Both the position numbers and the translations under genes were made by a program. Positions 9,309 to 17,699 of a stretch of 58,192 nucleotides of DNA are shown one piece after another. Where the stretch lies: positions 1,543-59,734 of the forward strand of contig JBBITI010000016.1 in the NCBI GenBank assembly GCA_037440885.1, written 5' to 3'. The DNA is from Dehalococcoidales bacterium (lineage in GTDB: Bacteria; Chloroflexota; Dehalococcoidia; Dehalococcoidales; UBA2162). Under the pieces are notes generated by a model, which was not told where the DNA came from, made no database searches, and worked only from the letters and a program-made list of their open reading frames with translations. The stretch's first letter is position 1. Each line of letters begins with the position of its first letter.

Positions 9309-10646
9309 CTAACGGTAGATGCCATACTCCTTTGTAGCTTCGATCATGGTACGGACATTTGTCGGGTTGACATCATCGATTACAGCGCCGTTCATCATGA
9401 TATAACCGCCGTTTCCAGCACAGGTCTGGATGAGCTTTTTGACCTCGTCCTTGACCTGTTGTGTGGTGCCGACGCTTAGAACAGAAAGTGGCAGGTTCCC
9501 GCCGATACAGGCGACATCACCCAGAACTTCCTTAACTTTTGCCATGTCGGTGGTATCGAAACCCCAGACGGTTTTACCCTTCGGAATATCCCGGATCACT
9601 TCGAGCCTCGAATTATATCCTCCTTCTGCCCAGGGAAACGGTATACATCCTTCGTCGATCAATCCCAGTAAAAGCTTTTTGAAATGTGGCCAGTAGAATG
9701 TCTTGAATTGTTCGTCGGAAAGGAATCCGTCGGCTCCTTTGTGCAGCGGGATAAAAACAATCGGGTTCCCGTTCAACCTGGCTGCAGATGCTCCCATGGT
9801 GATCATTATCGGAGTCAAAACGTCAAGTGCTTTCATCAATTTTTCCGGCCGCCGGTACATATCGGTGATGATACCGCGTGTGCCTCTTAAGGTGTCACCG
9901 AGGGTGTCGAAAGGAACCTTGCAGCCACCACCGAAGAAATTGGGGAACCCCAGTGAGCAAGCTTCCTTATCATACCCGCCGGCCGCCGCTACCCATTTCA
10001 AGGCTTCGCTACCCGCTTCCATCAAGGCTTTGAAAGCGTTCTGCACATCGGGAAGACCGTATGGGACCAGGGTGACACCGGTGAATCCGCCGTACATTTC
10101 GGTCATATTTGTCAGCGGTGCCAGTTGTTTGAAAGGCTCCAGGACACCAAAGATGCGGGGCAGAAAAACTGTGTGGAAGAAGTACGATGGATCATGGATC
10201 AGGATATCGTATTCCTCAGGCTTCATGTATTCACCTTCGATAGCCTGGTATGAATGTTGTGGGGGAACGCCGTGCCCTGGCCACTTGTATAACCGGTAAT
10301 CAAGGATATCGAAAGACCTCCCGGGCGGAGCGCCCATGGCTCCGGATTGGGCATCTGGTTGAAAATCGACAATATATTTTTTGAAAGCCATCGCCATCTT
10401 GTCGTAATCGTACATGATATCCCGGGGGGTCAATCCGGCGTGGTAGGCCGGGAAAAAGCCGATAATCGGAAATACCGGTACCCGGTCTGGTTTTTTCATT
10501 TCGATCGCGGCTTTGATGCGGGCAGACCTGGTTTTGTATGACTCTTCTGCTTCCGGTGAAATGAATTTCACATCCGGTGACTGCCATTTTTTAAATAATT
10601 GCTCTCTCTTTTCCTCCGGGGTTAGTTCCTCCCATTTCTTCTCCAT
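9309..10646 (-). CDS. Uroporphyrinogen-decarboxylase (URO-D)/MtaA-like family protein, paralog 1
   Basis: 445 aa. ..KKPDRVPVFP.., ..YKWPGHG.., C-terminal ..GGYIMMNGAVIDDVNPTNVRTMIEATKEYG.. SD GGGAGG. Confidence 0.75.
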   Translation of the reverse strand: MEKKWEELTPEEKREQLFKKWQSPDVKFISPEAEESYKTRSARIKAAIEMKKPDRVPVFPIIGFFPAYHAGLTPRDIMYDYDKMAMAFKKYIVDFQPDAQSGAMGAPPGRSFDILDYRLYKWPGHGVPPQHSYQAIEGEYMKPEEYDILIHDPSYFFHTVFLPRIFGVLEPFKQLAPLTNMTEMYGGFTGVTLVPYGLPDVQNAFKALMEAGSEALKWVAAAGGYDKEACSLGFPNFFGGGCKVPFDTLGDTLRGTRGIITDMYRRPEKLMKALDVLTPIMITMGASAARLNGNPIVFIPLHKGADGFLSDEQFKTFYWPHFKKLLLGLIDEGCIPFPWAEGGYNSRLEVIRDIPKGKTVWGFDTTDMAKVKEVLGDVACIGGNLPLSVLSVGTTQQVKDEVKKLIQTCAGNGGYIMMNGAVIDDVNPTNVRTMIEATKEYGIYR

Positions 10647-10816
10647 AACTGACCTCCCTTTATTTTTTTAAAATATTGATTAATTACTCAGGACAAGGTT
10701 GGATTTCGTCCAATTTCCCCGGGTCCTGGGTAAAATTCGAGAGATATCAAAAGCCCGACTGTTTTTTCGATGACCCCATTGTGTAATGTTTAGCTTCTGT
10801 TGTCAATAATAATTCA

Positions 10817-10845
10817 TTGACATCAAAAGCTTGACAGGGTATTCT
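10817..10845 (+). promoter_or_regulatory. Candidate sigma70-type promoter for the alcohol dehydrogenase gene
   Basis: TTGACA (10817-10822), a 17-nt spacer, then TATTCT (10840-10845). The SD and ATG follow about 20 nt later. Confidence 0.35.
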
Positions 10846-10871
10846 GTGCACTATAAAAGGAGGACGGAAAA

Positions 10872-11948
10872 ATGAAAGCTGCTGTTTGTTACGAATTTAA
10901 TAAACCTCTCGTAATCGATGATCTGGATATCGAACCGCCGCAAAAAGGTGAAGTGAAAGTCCGCATGGCAGCCACAGCGGTCTGTCATAGTGACATTCAT
11001 TTCATCAATGGGGATATGGGGGCACCGCCTCCTTTTGTTCCCGGGCATGAATCTGCGGGGTATATCGATGCCGTTGGCGAGGGAGTGACTGCGGTCAAGC
11101 CCGGTGACCCGGTTGTACTTTCATTACTGCGTTCCTGTGGGCAGTGTATCTACTGCAAAACCGGTCGACCAAACATGTGCAATGCCCAGTGGCCGCTGGA
11201 TCGCGGAAGCCGTCTGAAGAATAAGAAGGGACAATCGATCGCTCACGGAGTGAGAGTAGGATCATTTGCCGAATATGCTGTTGTCGACCAGTCGCAAGTG
11301 GTTAAGGTCCCTGCCAGCATGCCTTTAGACCGTGCCGCCTTGCTGGCTTGCGGTGTGATCACAGGTTACGGTGCGGTGGTGAACCGCGCCCAGGTTAGAC
11401 CTTCGAGTTCGGTCGTAGTGATCGGTGTCGGGGGCGTTGGTCTGAATGCAGTGCAGGGCGCTGCCATTTGCGGGGCCTATCCTATTATTGCGGTAGATCG
11501 CCTGGATAATAAATTGGAAGCCGCCCGGAAATTTGGAGCTACACATACCCTGAACACGGCTAAGGTCGCTGATTTTGAAAAAGCGATCAGAGATATGACC
11601 AGTGGCCTCGGGGCTGACTATGTGTTCATCACGGTGGGGGTGACTGCCGCTGTACGGCAGGGTCTGACGATGCTCGGGCGACAGGGCATGGCCGTAATTA
11701 TTGGTCTGGCTCATGATACCCTGGAGTCAAATCCGATGGAATATATCGATTCCGAAAAGACGTTGACCGGCAGCTTTATGGGGACAACCAATCTTAGCGT
11801 AGATATTCCCAGGCTGGTGGCTTTATATCAGGCAGGCAGATTAAAACTCGATGAATTGATCACCGCACGGTATCCCCTTAGCCAGATAAATGAGGCTATT
11901 GAAACCGTCCAGAACGGTTCTGCTTTGCGTAATCTCATCGTTTTCTAG
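10872..11948 (+). CDS. Zinc-dependent alcohol dehydrogenase (MDR superfamily)
   Basis: 358 aa. ..VCHSDIH.. catalytic-Zn motif, a structural-Zn Cys cluster (C-x2-C-x2-C-x7-C), and GVGGVGL nucleotide-binding loop. SD AAAGGAGGA. Confidence 0.9.
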   Translation: MKAAVCYEFNKPLVIDDLDIEPPQKGEVKVRMAATAVCHSDIHFINGDMGAPPPFVPGHESAGYIDAVGEGVTAVKPGDPVVLSLLRSCGQCIYCKTGRPNMCNAQWPLDRGSRLKNKKGQSIAHGVRVGSFAEYAVVDQSQVVKVPASMPLDRAALLACGVITGYGAVVNRAQVRPSSSVVVIGVGGVGLNAVQGAAICGAYPIIAVDRLDNKLEAARKFGATHTLNTAKVADFEKAIRDMTSGLGADYVFITVGVTAAVRQGLTMLGRQGMAVIIGLAHDTLESNPMEYIDSEKTLTGSFMGTTNLSVDIPRLVALYQAGRLKLDELITARYPLSQINEAIETVQNGSALRNLIVF

Positions 11949-11995
11949 AATGGTCAAGCGAGGTTGTTATCCGGTTCAACGAGTGCAACTCGTAT

Positions 11996-12251
11996 TTGCG
12001 CTCATTGAATCATTCTAATATAATGATCGTCGTTGAAATGGATGAAAGATAGAAAAGGAGGTGGCGCTATGATTGTGCTTTACCGTCGCACGTGATTCCG
12101 GCCCAAAGCAAGGCGCGGTATGCGCCGTCTATCGCTTTCCGCTGTGCGGGGATCTTGTAGCGTCACCTCGTTAATTTTATTTTGAGGATTATCGCTTCTT
12201 TCGTCATAAGGTCTTCCGGCAGCGGGGGAAATTATTACGAAAGGAGCATTG
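11996..12251 (+). promoter_or_regulatory. Candidate promoter plus about 220-nt leader of the yedE operon, containing an 8-codon mini-ORF
   Basis: TTGCGC (11996-12001), 17 nt, then a perfect TATAAT (12019-12024). GGAGG (12057-12061) lies 7 nt before ATG 12069. The mini-ORF encodes MIVLYRRT and ends with TGA at 12093-12095. A GGCGC-ggtat-GCGCC hairpin sits at 12112-12126. Confidence 0.35.
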
Positions 12252-13355
12252 ATGTCTGCTGTTTCCAAAATTTTAACGTCCCGTTGGGGTCCTGTTATTA
12301 CAGGTGTTGCCGTCGGCGTTCTGGCGCCACTGCTGGTCCTCTGGGGTAATCCCGGAAATATGGGTATTTGCGTGGTTTGTTTTACCCGCGACATCGCCGG
12401 GGCTCTCGGTCTGCACCGGGCCGGAGTGGTCCAGTATATCCGACCGGAAATTATTGGTTTTGTTCTGGGTGCAATGGGGGCCGCTCTTGCTTTTAAAGAG
12501 TTTAAACCTCGTACCGGATCATCGCCTTTGATCCGCTTTCTCCTCGGTATATTCGCTGTTTTTGGTGCTTTGGTGTTTCTGGGTTGTCCCTGGCGCGCGT
12601 ATCTCCGGCTCGCTGGCGGCGACTGGAATGCTATCCTGGGAATCGTCGGTCTGATCGTTGGCATCGGTATCGGAATTGTATTTTTGCGCATGGGATTTAG
12701 TCTCGGTCGCGACCGCCCCGCCCCGAAAGCTCTTGGCTGGGTTCTGCCGGTTATCATGGTGACCTTGCTGGTATTGCTCATTGTAGAACCTCAATTCGGG
12801 CGCAGCGCGGAAGGTAAAGCGATTGGGCCAATATTCTTTTCGACTTCCGGTCCGGGCAGTCTGCATGCCCCGATAATTATTGCTCTCGTCGTGGGTCTTG
12901 TGGTCGGTTTTTTGGCGCAGCGAAGTCGTTTTTGCACGGTAGGTGCTGTTCGTGATGCCATTCTATTGCGGGATTACCGTCTGTTGTACGGCGTACTGGC
13001 GCTGATCATTGCAGCATTTGTAACCAATCTCATCTTGGGTAAGTTCCATGCCGGATTTGCCAATCAGCCGGTGGCTCACACCGATGGATTGTGGAATTTT
13101 GGTGGCATGGTGCTGGCCGGGCTTGCTTTTACTCTTGCTGGTGGTTGTCCGGGCCGGCAGCTATTTCTAACCGGTGAAGGAAATGCCGATTCCGCCATGT
13201 TTTTCAGCGGCATGCTGGTGGGTGCCGGGATTGCCCACACTTATAATATGACCGGTTCCGCTGCGGGTGCCGGGATTTACAGCCCGTTCATCGTCATCGC
13301 CGGGATAATAGTCTGTGCTGTAATCGGTTTAACGATGCGCGAGGCAAAAACATAG
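12252..13355 (+). CDS. yedE: YedE/YeeE-family membrane protein (sulfur/selenium-compound transporter family)
   Basis: About 367 aa and polytopic. Paired Cys-containing re-entrant motifs (..GICVVCF.., ..SRFCTVGA.., ..GGCPGRQ..). I preferred ATG 12252, behind AAAGGAG, over TTG 12249. Confidence 0.8.
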   Translation: MSAVSKILTSRWGPVITGVAVGVLAPLLVLWGNPGNMGICVVCFTRDIAGALGLHRAGVVQYIRPEIIGFVLGAMGAALAFKEFKPRTGSSPLIRFLLGIFAVFGALVFLGCPWRAYLRLAGGDWNAILGIVGLIVGIGIGIVFLRMGFSLGRDRPAPKALGWVLPVIMVTLLVLLIVEPQFGRSAEGKAIGPIFFSTSGPGSLHAPIIIALVVGLVVGFLAQRSRFCTVGAVRDAILLRDYRLLYGVLALIIAAFVTNLILGKFHAGFANQPVAHTDGLWNFGGMVLAGLAFTLAGGCPGRQLFLTGEGNADSAMFFSGMLVGAGIAHTYNMTGSAAGAGIYSPFIVIAGIIVCAVIGLTMREAKT

Positions 13356-13364
13356 GAGATAGAT

Positions 13365-13586
13365 ATGAATGCAATGAACAAGATAGATGCTCGTGGTCTG
13401 GCTTGCCCGGAACCGGCGTTACGGACCCGTCAAGCTATCCTCAAAATGAATAAAGGTACCGTGGAAGTGCTGGTTGACTCCGGGACCGCTCTTGAAAATG
13501 TGTCCCGTCTGGCTAAAAATGCCGGTTGGACGGTGTCTGTCGAAGGCCAGTCCGACGGAAGCAGTCGGATCGTTTTGAAAAAATGA
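13365..13586 (+). CDS. yedF: TusA/SirA-like sulfurtransferase (YedF-like)
   Basis: 73 aa. The active-site motif ..DARGLACPEP.. (CPxP) is at the expected N-terminal position. SD AGGAGA. Confidence 0.85.
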   Translation: MNAMNKIDARGLACPEPALRTRQAILKMNKGTVEVLVDSGTALENVSRLAKNAGWTVSVEGQSDGSSRIVLKK

Positions 13587-14731
13587 TTTATCTGGATAAC
13601 GCCGCTACATCTTGGCCTAAACCGGAAAGTGTCACGAAGGCAATGGCTGAGGCTTTGGAATTGGCCGGGGGGAACCCCGGCCGCTCCGGCCACCGTCTTT
13701 CTATCACCGCGGCCCGGGTAATATATGATACTCGGGAAGCACTGGCGCGCTTTTTTAATATTGACGACCCATTTCGAATCATTTTTACCGGGAATGCTAC
13801 TCAGTCTTTGAATTTGGCGATCAAAGGGATTCTCCATCCCGGTGACCGGGTGGTTGTCAGTTCCATCGAACATAATGCGGTGATGCGTCCTCTGCGGTAC
13901 TTGGAAAAACGCGGAATCCGGATAAGCGTAATTCAAGCTGCTTCCGATGGCACACTCGACCTGAGTAAACTGGCGAATGCGTTGCACCCGGCCCCGAAAC
14001 TCGTTGTTATCAACCATGCCAGTAACGTGGTTGGTACCTTGATGCCGGTGGCTGATATTGCCCGGATAGTTCATCAAGCAGGATCATTACTGCTTTTGGA
14101 TGCGGCACAGACTGCCGGTGCTATACCGGTAGATGTGAAAGCGTTAGGTATTGATTTGCTAGCTTTTACCGGTCATAAAGAACTGCTTGGTCCTCCCGGT
14201 ATCGGCGGGCTGATCATCGCCGATCATTTCGATGCGACCTTTCTCGATCCTCTGATCCATGGCGGCACCGGAAGCCGTTCCGATTCCGAAGAACAACCGG
14301 ATGATTTGCCGGATAAATATGAAAGCGGTACCGCGAATTTGGTAGGCATCGCTGGATTGCGCGCCGGTTTGAAATATGTAAACGAGCGCGGCGTTTCTGA
14401 AGTCCATGCTTATCTTCAAAATCTGGGAAGGACTCTCATCGAAGATCTATCGGTGGTACCGGGAGTAAAAGTATATGGTACCATGAGCATGGATCACTCG
14501 GTGGCGGTAGTATCTTTTACGGCAACGGGACGCCATGTATCCGAGATTGGTATGCGACTTGATGAAGAATACGGGGTGCTGTCGCGCGTGGGGCTTCACT
14601 GCGCTCCCGCTGCCCACCGGACGATTGGCTCTCTCCCGGAAGGTACTGTACGCCTGGCGCCCGGAATCTTTAATACTATCGCTGATGTCAAAGAAGCGGT
14701 GGCGGCGATCAACAAGGTTTTAAGGTCATGA
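13583..14731 (+). CDS. Class V aminotransferase, cysteine desulfurase / selenocysteine lyase-like
   Basis: Starts MIYLDNAATSWPKP.. at an ATGA overlap with the yedF stop. ..FTGHKELLGPPGIG.. is the PLP-Lys motif and ..SRVGLHCAP.. is the active-site Cys loop. Confidence 0.85.
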   Translation: MIYLDNAATSWPKPESVTKAMAEALELAGGNPGRSGHRLSITAARVIYDTREALARFFNIDDPFRIIFTGNATQSLNLAIKGILHPGDRVVVSSIEHNAVMRPLRYLEKRGIRISVIQAASDGTLDLSKLANALHPAPKLVVINHASNVVGTLMPVADIARIVHQAGSLLLLDAAQTAGAIPVDVKALGIDLLAFTGHKELLGPPGIGGLIIADHFDATFLDPLIHGGTGSRSDSEEQPDDLPDKYESGTANLVGIAGLRAGLKYVNERGVSEVHAYLQNLGRTLIEDLSVVPGVKVYGTMSMDHSVAVVSFTATGRHVSEIGMRLDEEYGVLSRVGLHCAPAAHRTIGSLPEGTVRLAPGIFNTIADVKEAVAAINKVLRS

Positions 14732-14952
14732 CGGAATATGGCGTGGTCTTGTTTCACACGACTTCGGCTGTGATGAAAGCCGAAAAACTATTAATCAAAC
14801 AGAAAATAAAAATAAAGTTGATACCGACTCCGCGGCAGTTCTCAACCGATTGCGGGATCTCGCTGCGGTTTGACTGGGCGCAGAAAGCAGCAACTGAATC
14901 TGCCTTGGAATTGAACCAGATCGAAACCGCCGGGATTTATCAGCTTGCATAA
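14728..14952 (+). CDS. DUF3343-like small protein (putative S/Se carrier associated with YedE/YedF)
   Basis: 74 aa. ..VLFHTTSAVMKAEKLL...TPRQFSTDCGISLRF.. ATGA overlap with the upstream stop. Confidence 0.65.
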   Translation: MTEYGVVLFHTTSAVMKAEKLLIKQKIKIKLIPTPRQFSTDCGISLRFDWAQKAATESALELNQIETAGIYQLA

Positions 14953-15099
14953 GTCTGGAATAGTCAGGTGTGCCGTCCCTGGCTTCTGGTTTTCTTTGCT
15001 TTTGTATGAACTAGTTTGTTAGCGGATGAGGTGAGGTGCTAGAATCATCGGCATGATCTGTGATCAGCTATCTTGATCAATACTGGCAGGAGGATACTA

Positions 15100-16074
15100 G
15101 TGGCAATTAATTTAGATATAGCTCCGCTCAGCATGGAAAAATCCGGTATTAGAAAAGATGCCCTGGCGGGCGAAGTGGCCCTGGTCACCGGAGGCACCAG
15201 CAACATCGGTTTGGGAGTGGCGCGTTCACTGGCCTGGGCAGGGGCGCGAGTAGTTATCATCGCCCGGAATGCTGACAGGGGTAAGGCTGCTGAAGATCTG
15301 ATCAATCATGAAAACAAACCCGGGACGGCTCTGTTTGTAGCGACTGATGTCTCCAGCGAATCCAGTATGAAAGCCATGGCTCAAAAAGCTTTTGACGCCT
15401 TCGGCAAGATCGACATTTTGATCAATAACGCTATGGATATGTCTTTAGCCGCTCCGATTCTGAAATCGACCGTCCAGCAATTAGACCGGCAGTATGAGAT
15501 AGCAGTGCGTGGTGCGCTTATTGCTATCCAGCTTTTTATTCCCGGGATGCAGCAGCGGCGCCATGGCGTGATCACTTATCTGGCGACTGCCTTTGCATTC
15601 CCCATGGGTCCGGCAAATTACTGTGCTATAAAATCAGCTACCAGTTCCATGCTTATGTCTCTGGCGGCAGAACTCGGGCCGTATTCGAACCACGGCGTCA
15701 GTGTGTTCGGTATCATCCCGACCAGTGTCGGACGTCCCCGCCCTGTACCCGTTGAAGCTATGAAGAATGTCGCCGTGCCGCGTTCGATGCCCGGTTACGA
15801 TGGCCCTATTCCACCGGAGGACTGCGGCGCTGCTGTTTCTTACTGTATCACCCGAGCGGCGGATCTGCATGGTTCCGGAATCATCATGCCGCAGGTATTC
15901 CGACAGATGAACTGGCCTTTCCCCAAACCGGAAACGCAGCGCCAGAGGGACTACGACCGGGTCCGCGAAGAAGTAATGAACCTTGTTTTCGGCTATATGG
16001 GGCCGGGTTTTCCGGATACGAAATGGCCGTTGGTTTCTGTTAATCGGTCTGAAAAAGCACCGCGGGCATACTAG
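15100..16074 (+). CDS. SDR-family oxidoreductase
   Basis: ..VTGGTSNIGLGVA.. (TGxxxxxG), NNA, and Y-x3-K (..NYCAIKSA..). I chose GTG 15100 because GGCAGGAGGA lies just upstream. Confidence 0.75.
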   Translation: MAINLDIAPLSMEKSGIRKDALAGEVALVTGGTSNIGLGVARSLAWAGARVVIIARNADRGKAAEDLINHENKPGTALFVATDVSSESSMKAMAQKAFDAFGKIDILINNAMDMSLAAPILKSTVQQLDRQYEIAVRGALIAIQLFIPGMQQRRHGVITYLATAFAFPMGPANYCAIKSATSSMLMSLAAELGPYSNHGVSVFGIIPTSVGRPRPVPVEAMKNVAVPRSMPGYDGPIPPEDCGAAVSYCITRAADLHGSGIIMPQVFRQMNWPFPKPETQRQRDYDRVREEVMNLVFGYMGPGFPDTKWPLVSVNRSEKAPRAY

Positions 16075-16099
16075 ATTAGCGTTCTCTCTAGTTTATGCT

Positions 16100-16891
16100 A
16101 TGAATAATGTTGATTTGTCGCTCAGCAGGGAGTCGATATCCGATGGCCTCGAAACCAGAATAGTCGGTCTCAACGTGCTTTATTATCCGTCGCTGACTTC
16201 GACGATGGATATCGCACGAGCGGTAGTACATGAAGGCTGCGCCGAAGGCACGGTGGTAGTCGCCGGTCAACAGACAGCAGGACGCGGGAGGTTAAAAAGG
16301 GAGTGGCTCACTCCCGAGGGCAATATCGCTCTTTCCGTGATCTTGTATCCGGCATCCGCACAATTGCCGGCAATGATCATGCTGGCTTCACTGGCCGTCG
16401 CAAACAGTATCGAGTCTGTCACCGGTATAAAACCCGGTATCAAATGGCCGAATGATATTCTGATAAACCTTCGGAAGGTAAGTGGTATCCTCATCGAAAC
16501 CGACGCCCGTCCCCACCGGTACGGGCATGCCATGTATGTGGTCATTGGTATCGGGATCAATGTAAATCTGAGACCCTTCGAGTATGCCGGTATCGAAACC
16601 ACCGCCACCAGTCTTTCTATTGAAACCAGGCAGTCGGTTTCCAGGCTGGCTCTCATCCGCTCACTTTTAGGCGAAATGGATCGGCTGTACAACGAACTGA
16701 ATCAGGGTAGATCGCTGTTCGAACTCTGGCGTCATCGTCTGATCACGATCGGACGGACGGTCACCGTGACTACCGTCGAATCGGTCTATACTGGTATCGC
16801 TGAATCGGTTGACCGTGATGGAGCTTTGTATGTACGGTGTCAGGATGGAGAACTGAAAAAAATAATCGCAGGCGATGTCACGTTGCGCTAA
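16100..16891 (+). CDS. birA: Biotin--[acetyl-CoA-carboxylase] ligase, class I (no N-terminal HTH)
   Basis: 263 aa from MNNVDL.. Includes ..GQQTAGRGRLKREW.. (GRGRxGR biotin-binding loop) and ..KWPNDIL..K..GIL.E.. Confidence 0.85.
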   Translation: MNNVDLSLSRESISDGLETRIVGLNVLYYPSLTSTMDIARAVVHEGCAEGTVVVAGQQTAGRGRLKREWLTPEGNIALSVILYPASAQLPAMIMLASLAVANSIESVTGIKPGIKWPNDILINLRKVSGILIETDARPHRYGHAMYVVIGIGINVNLRPFEYAGIETTATSLSIETRQSVSRLALIRSLLGEMDRLYNELNQGRSLFELWRHRLITIGRTVTVTTVESVYTGIAESVDRDGALYVRCQDGELKKIIAGDVTLR

Positions 16892-16899
16892 ACCATCGA

Positions 16900-16926
16900 G
16901 GAAGGACGTTCGCCGAACGTCCTTCC
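16900..16926. terminator. Bidirectional terminator between convergent birA and the SPFH gene
   Basis: GGAAGGACGTTC-gcc-GAACGTCCTTCC, a perfect 12-bp stem, followed by TCCTTTCG. Confidence 0.6.
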
Positions 16927-16942
16927 TCCTTTCGAAGAACTA

Positions 16943-17698
16943 TTAAGATTTCTTGTCCTTGTTCATGAACCCACTGAGCAGTTCGATCGGTAGCGGGAAG
17001 ATAATGGTGCTGTTTTTCTCTGAGGCGATTTCGGTTAATGTCTGCAGGTAGCGTAACTGCAGGGTAACCGGATTTTGTGAAATTACCGTGCCGGCTTCGG
17101 ATAGTTTTGTAGAAGCCTGGTATTCGCCGTCGGCATGGATGATTTTCGCGCGCCGCTCCCGTTCCGCTTCAGCCTGGGCTGCCATAGAACGTCTCATGGA
17201 TTCTGGCAACTCTACGTCCTTGATTTCCACGATGCTGACCTTGACTCCCCAGGGATCGGTCTGTTCATCGATGATTTGCTGTAATTTAATATTTAAAGCT
17301 TCCCGTTGCGAGAGTAACTCGTCCAGTTCTGATTGGCCGAGAACGTTGCGCAATGTAGTCTGCGATATCAGCGAAGTTGCCCGGATATGGTCCAGGACTT
17401 TTACGACGGAAGATTCGGGGTCGACCACCCGGAAATAGACTACCGCGTTGACCTTGACGGTGACATTATCTTTGGTAATGACGTCCTGGGGTGGTACGTC
17501 CATGGTGACCACGCGCAGGTCTACCTTGACCATCCGGTCCAGGAACGGAATGATCAGGAAAAAACCCGGGCCTTTGGCTCCCACCAACCGCCCGAGCCGG
17601 AAGATGACGCCCCGCTCGTATTCCTGGACGATTTTGACGGTCATCGGGATTATGATTAATACAACAAAAATGATAATACCGATCCATATCCACTGCAT
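16943..17698 (-). CDS. SPFH/band-7 (stomatin/slipin-like) protein
   Basis: 251 aa. N-terminal TM, ..[14 protein letters not shown].. and ..[11 protein letters not shown].. Confidence 0.9.
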   Translation of the reverse strand: MQWIWIGIIIFVVLIIIPMTVKIVQEYERGVIFRLGRLVGAKGPGFFLIIPFLDRMVKVDLRVVTMDVPPQDVITKDNVTVKVNAVVYFRVVDPESSVVKVLDHIRATSLISQTTLRNVLGQSELDELLSQREALNIKLQQIIDEQTDPWGVKVSIVEIKDVELPESMRRSMAAQAEAERERRAKIIHADGEYQASTKLSEAGTVISQNPVTLQLRYLQTLTEIASEKNSTIIFPLPIELLSGFMNKDKKS

Positions 17699-17699
17699 T

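Noticed and set aside
10833-10856. A second TTGACA followed by TATAAA upstream of the ADH gene, considered as the promoter.
   Set aside because: The spacer is only 15 nt, and the resulting start site would fall inside or after the Shine-Dalgarno sequence. The upstream TTGACA-17-TATTCT pair is geometrically better.
12093-12126. The UGA of the yedE leader mini-ORF plus its downstream hairpin, considered as a SECIS-directed selenocysteine codon.
   Set aside because: The hairpin is only 5 bp, with an optional weak outer stem. It starts ~17 nt after the UGA and does not reproduce the bacterial SECIS apical-loop and bulged-U features. Read-through would give a basic, low-complexity 40-aa peptide with no resemblance to any selenoprotein. 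I kept it only as a note under the leader finding.
12080-12781. A 233-aa Arg/Pro-rich ORF antisense to the yedE leader and CDS, considered as a possible overlapping gene.
   Set aside because: It has no SD and an extreme low-complexity R/P/T composition typical of the reverse frame of a GC-rich membrane-protein gene. The sense strand carries a well-supported yedE.
13430-14077. A 215-aa antisense ORF. Similar long antisense ORFs occur at 5246..5800, 9703..10299, 34375..35064, 40487..40975, 41969..42586 and 51927..52580.
   Set aside because: Each lies fully inside a sense-strand CDS with clear family motifs. None has a convincing SD or a recognisable domain. They are most simply stop-poor reverse frames.
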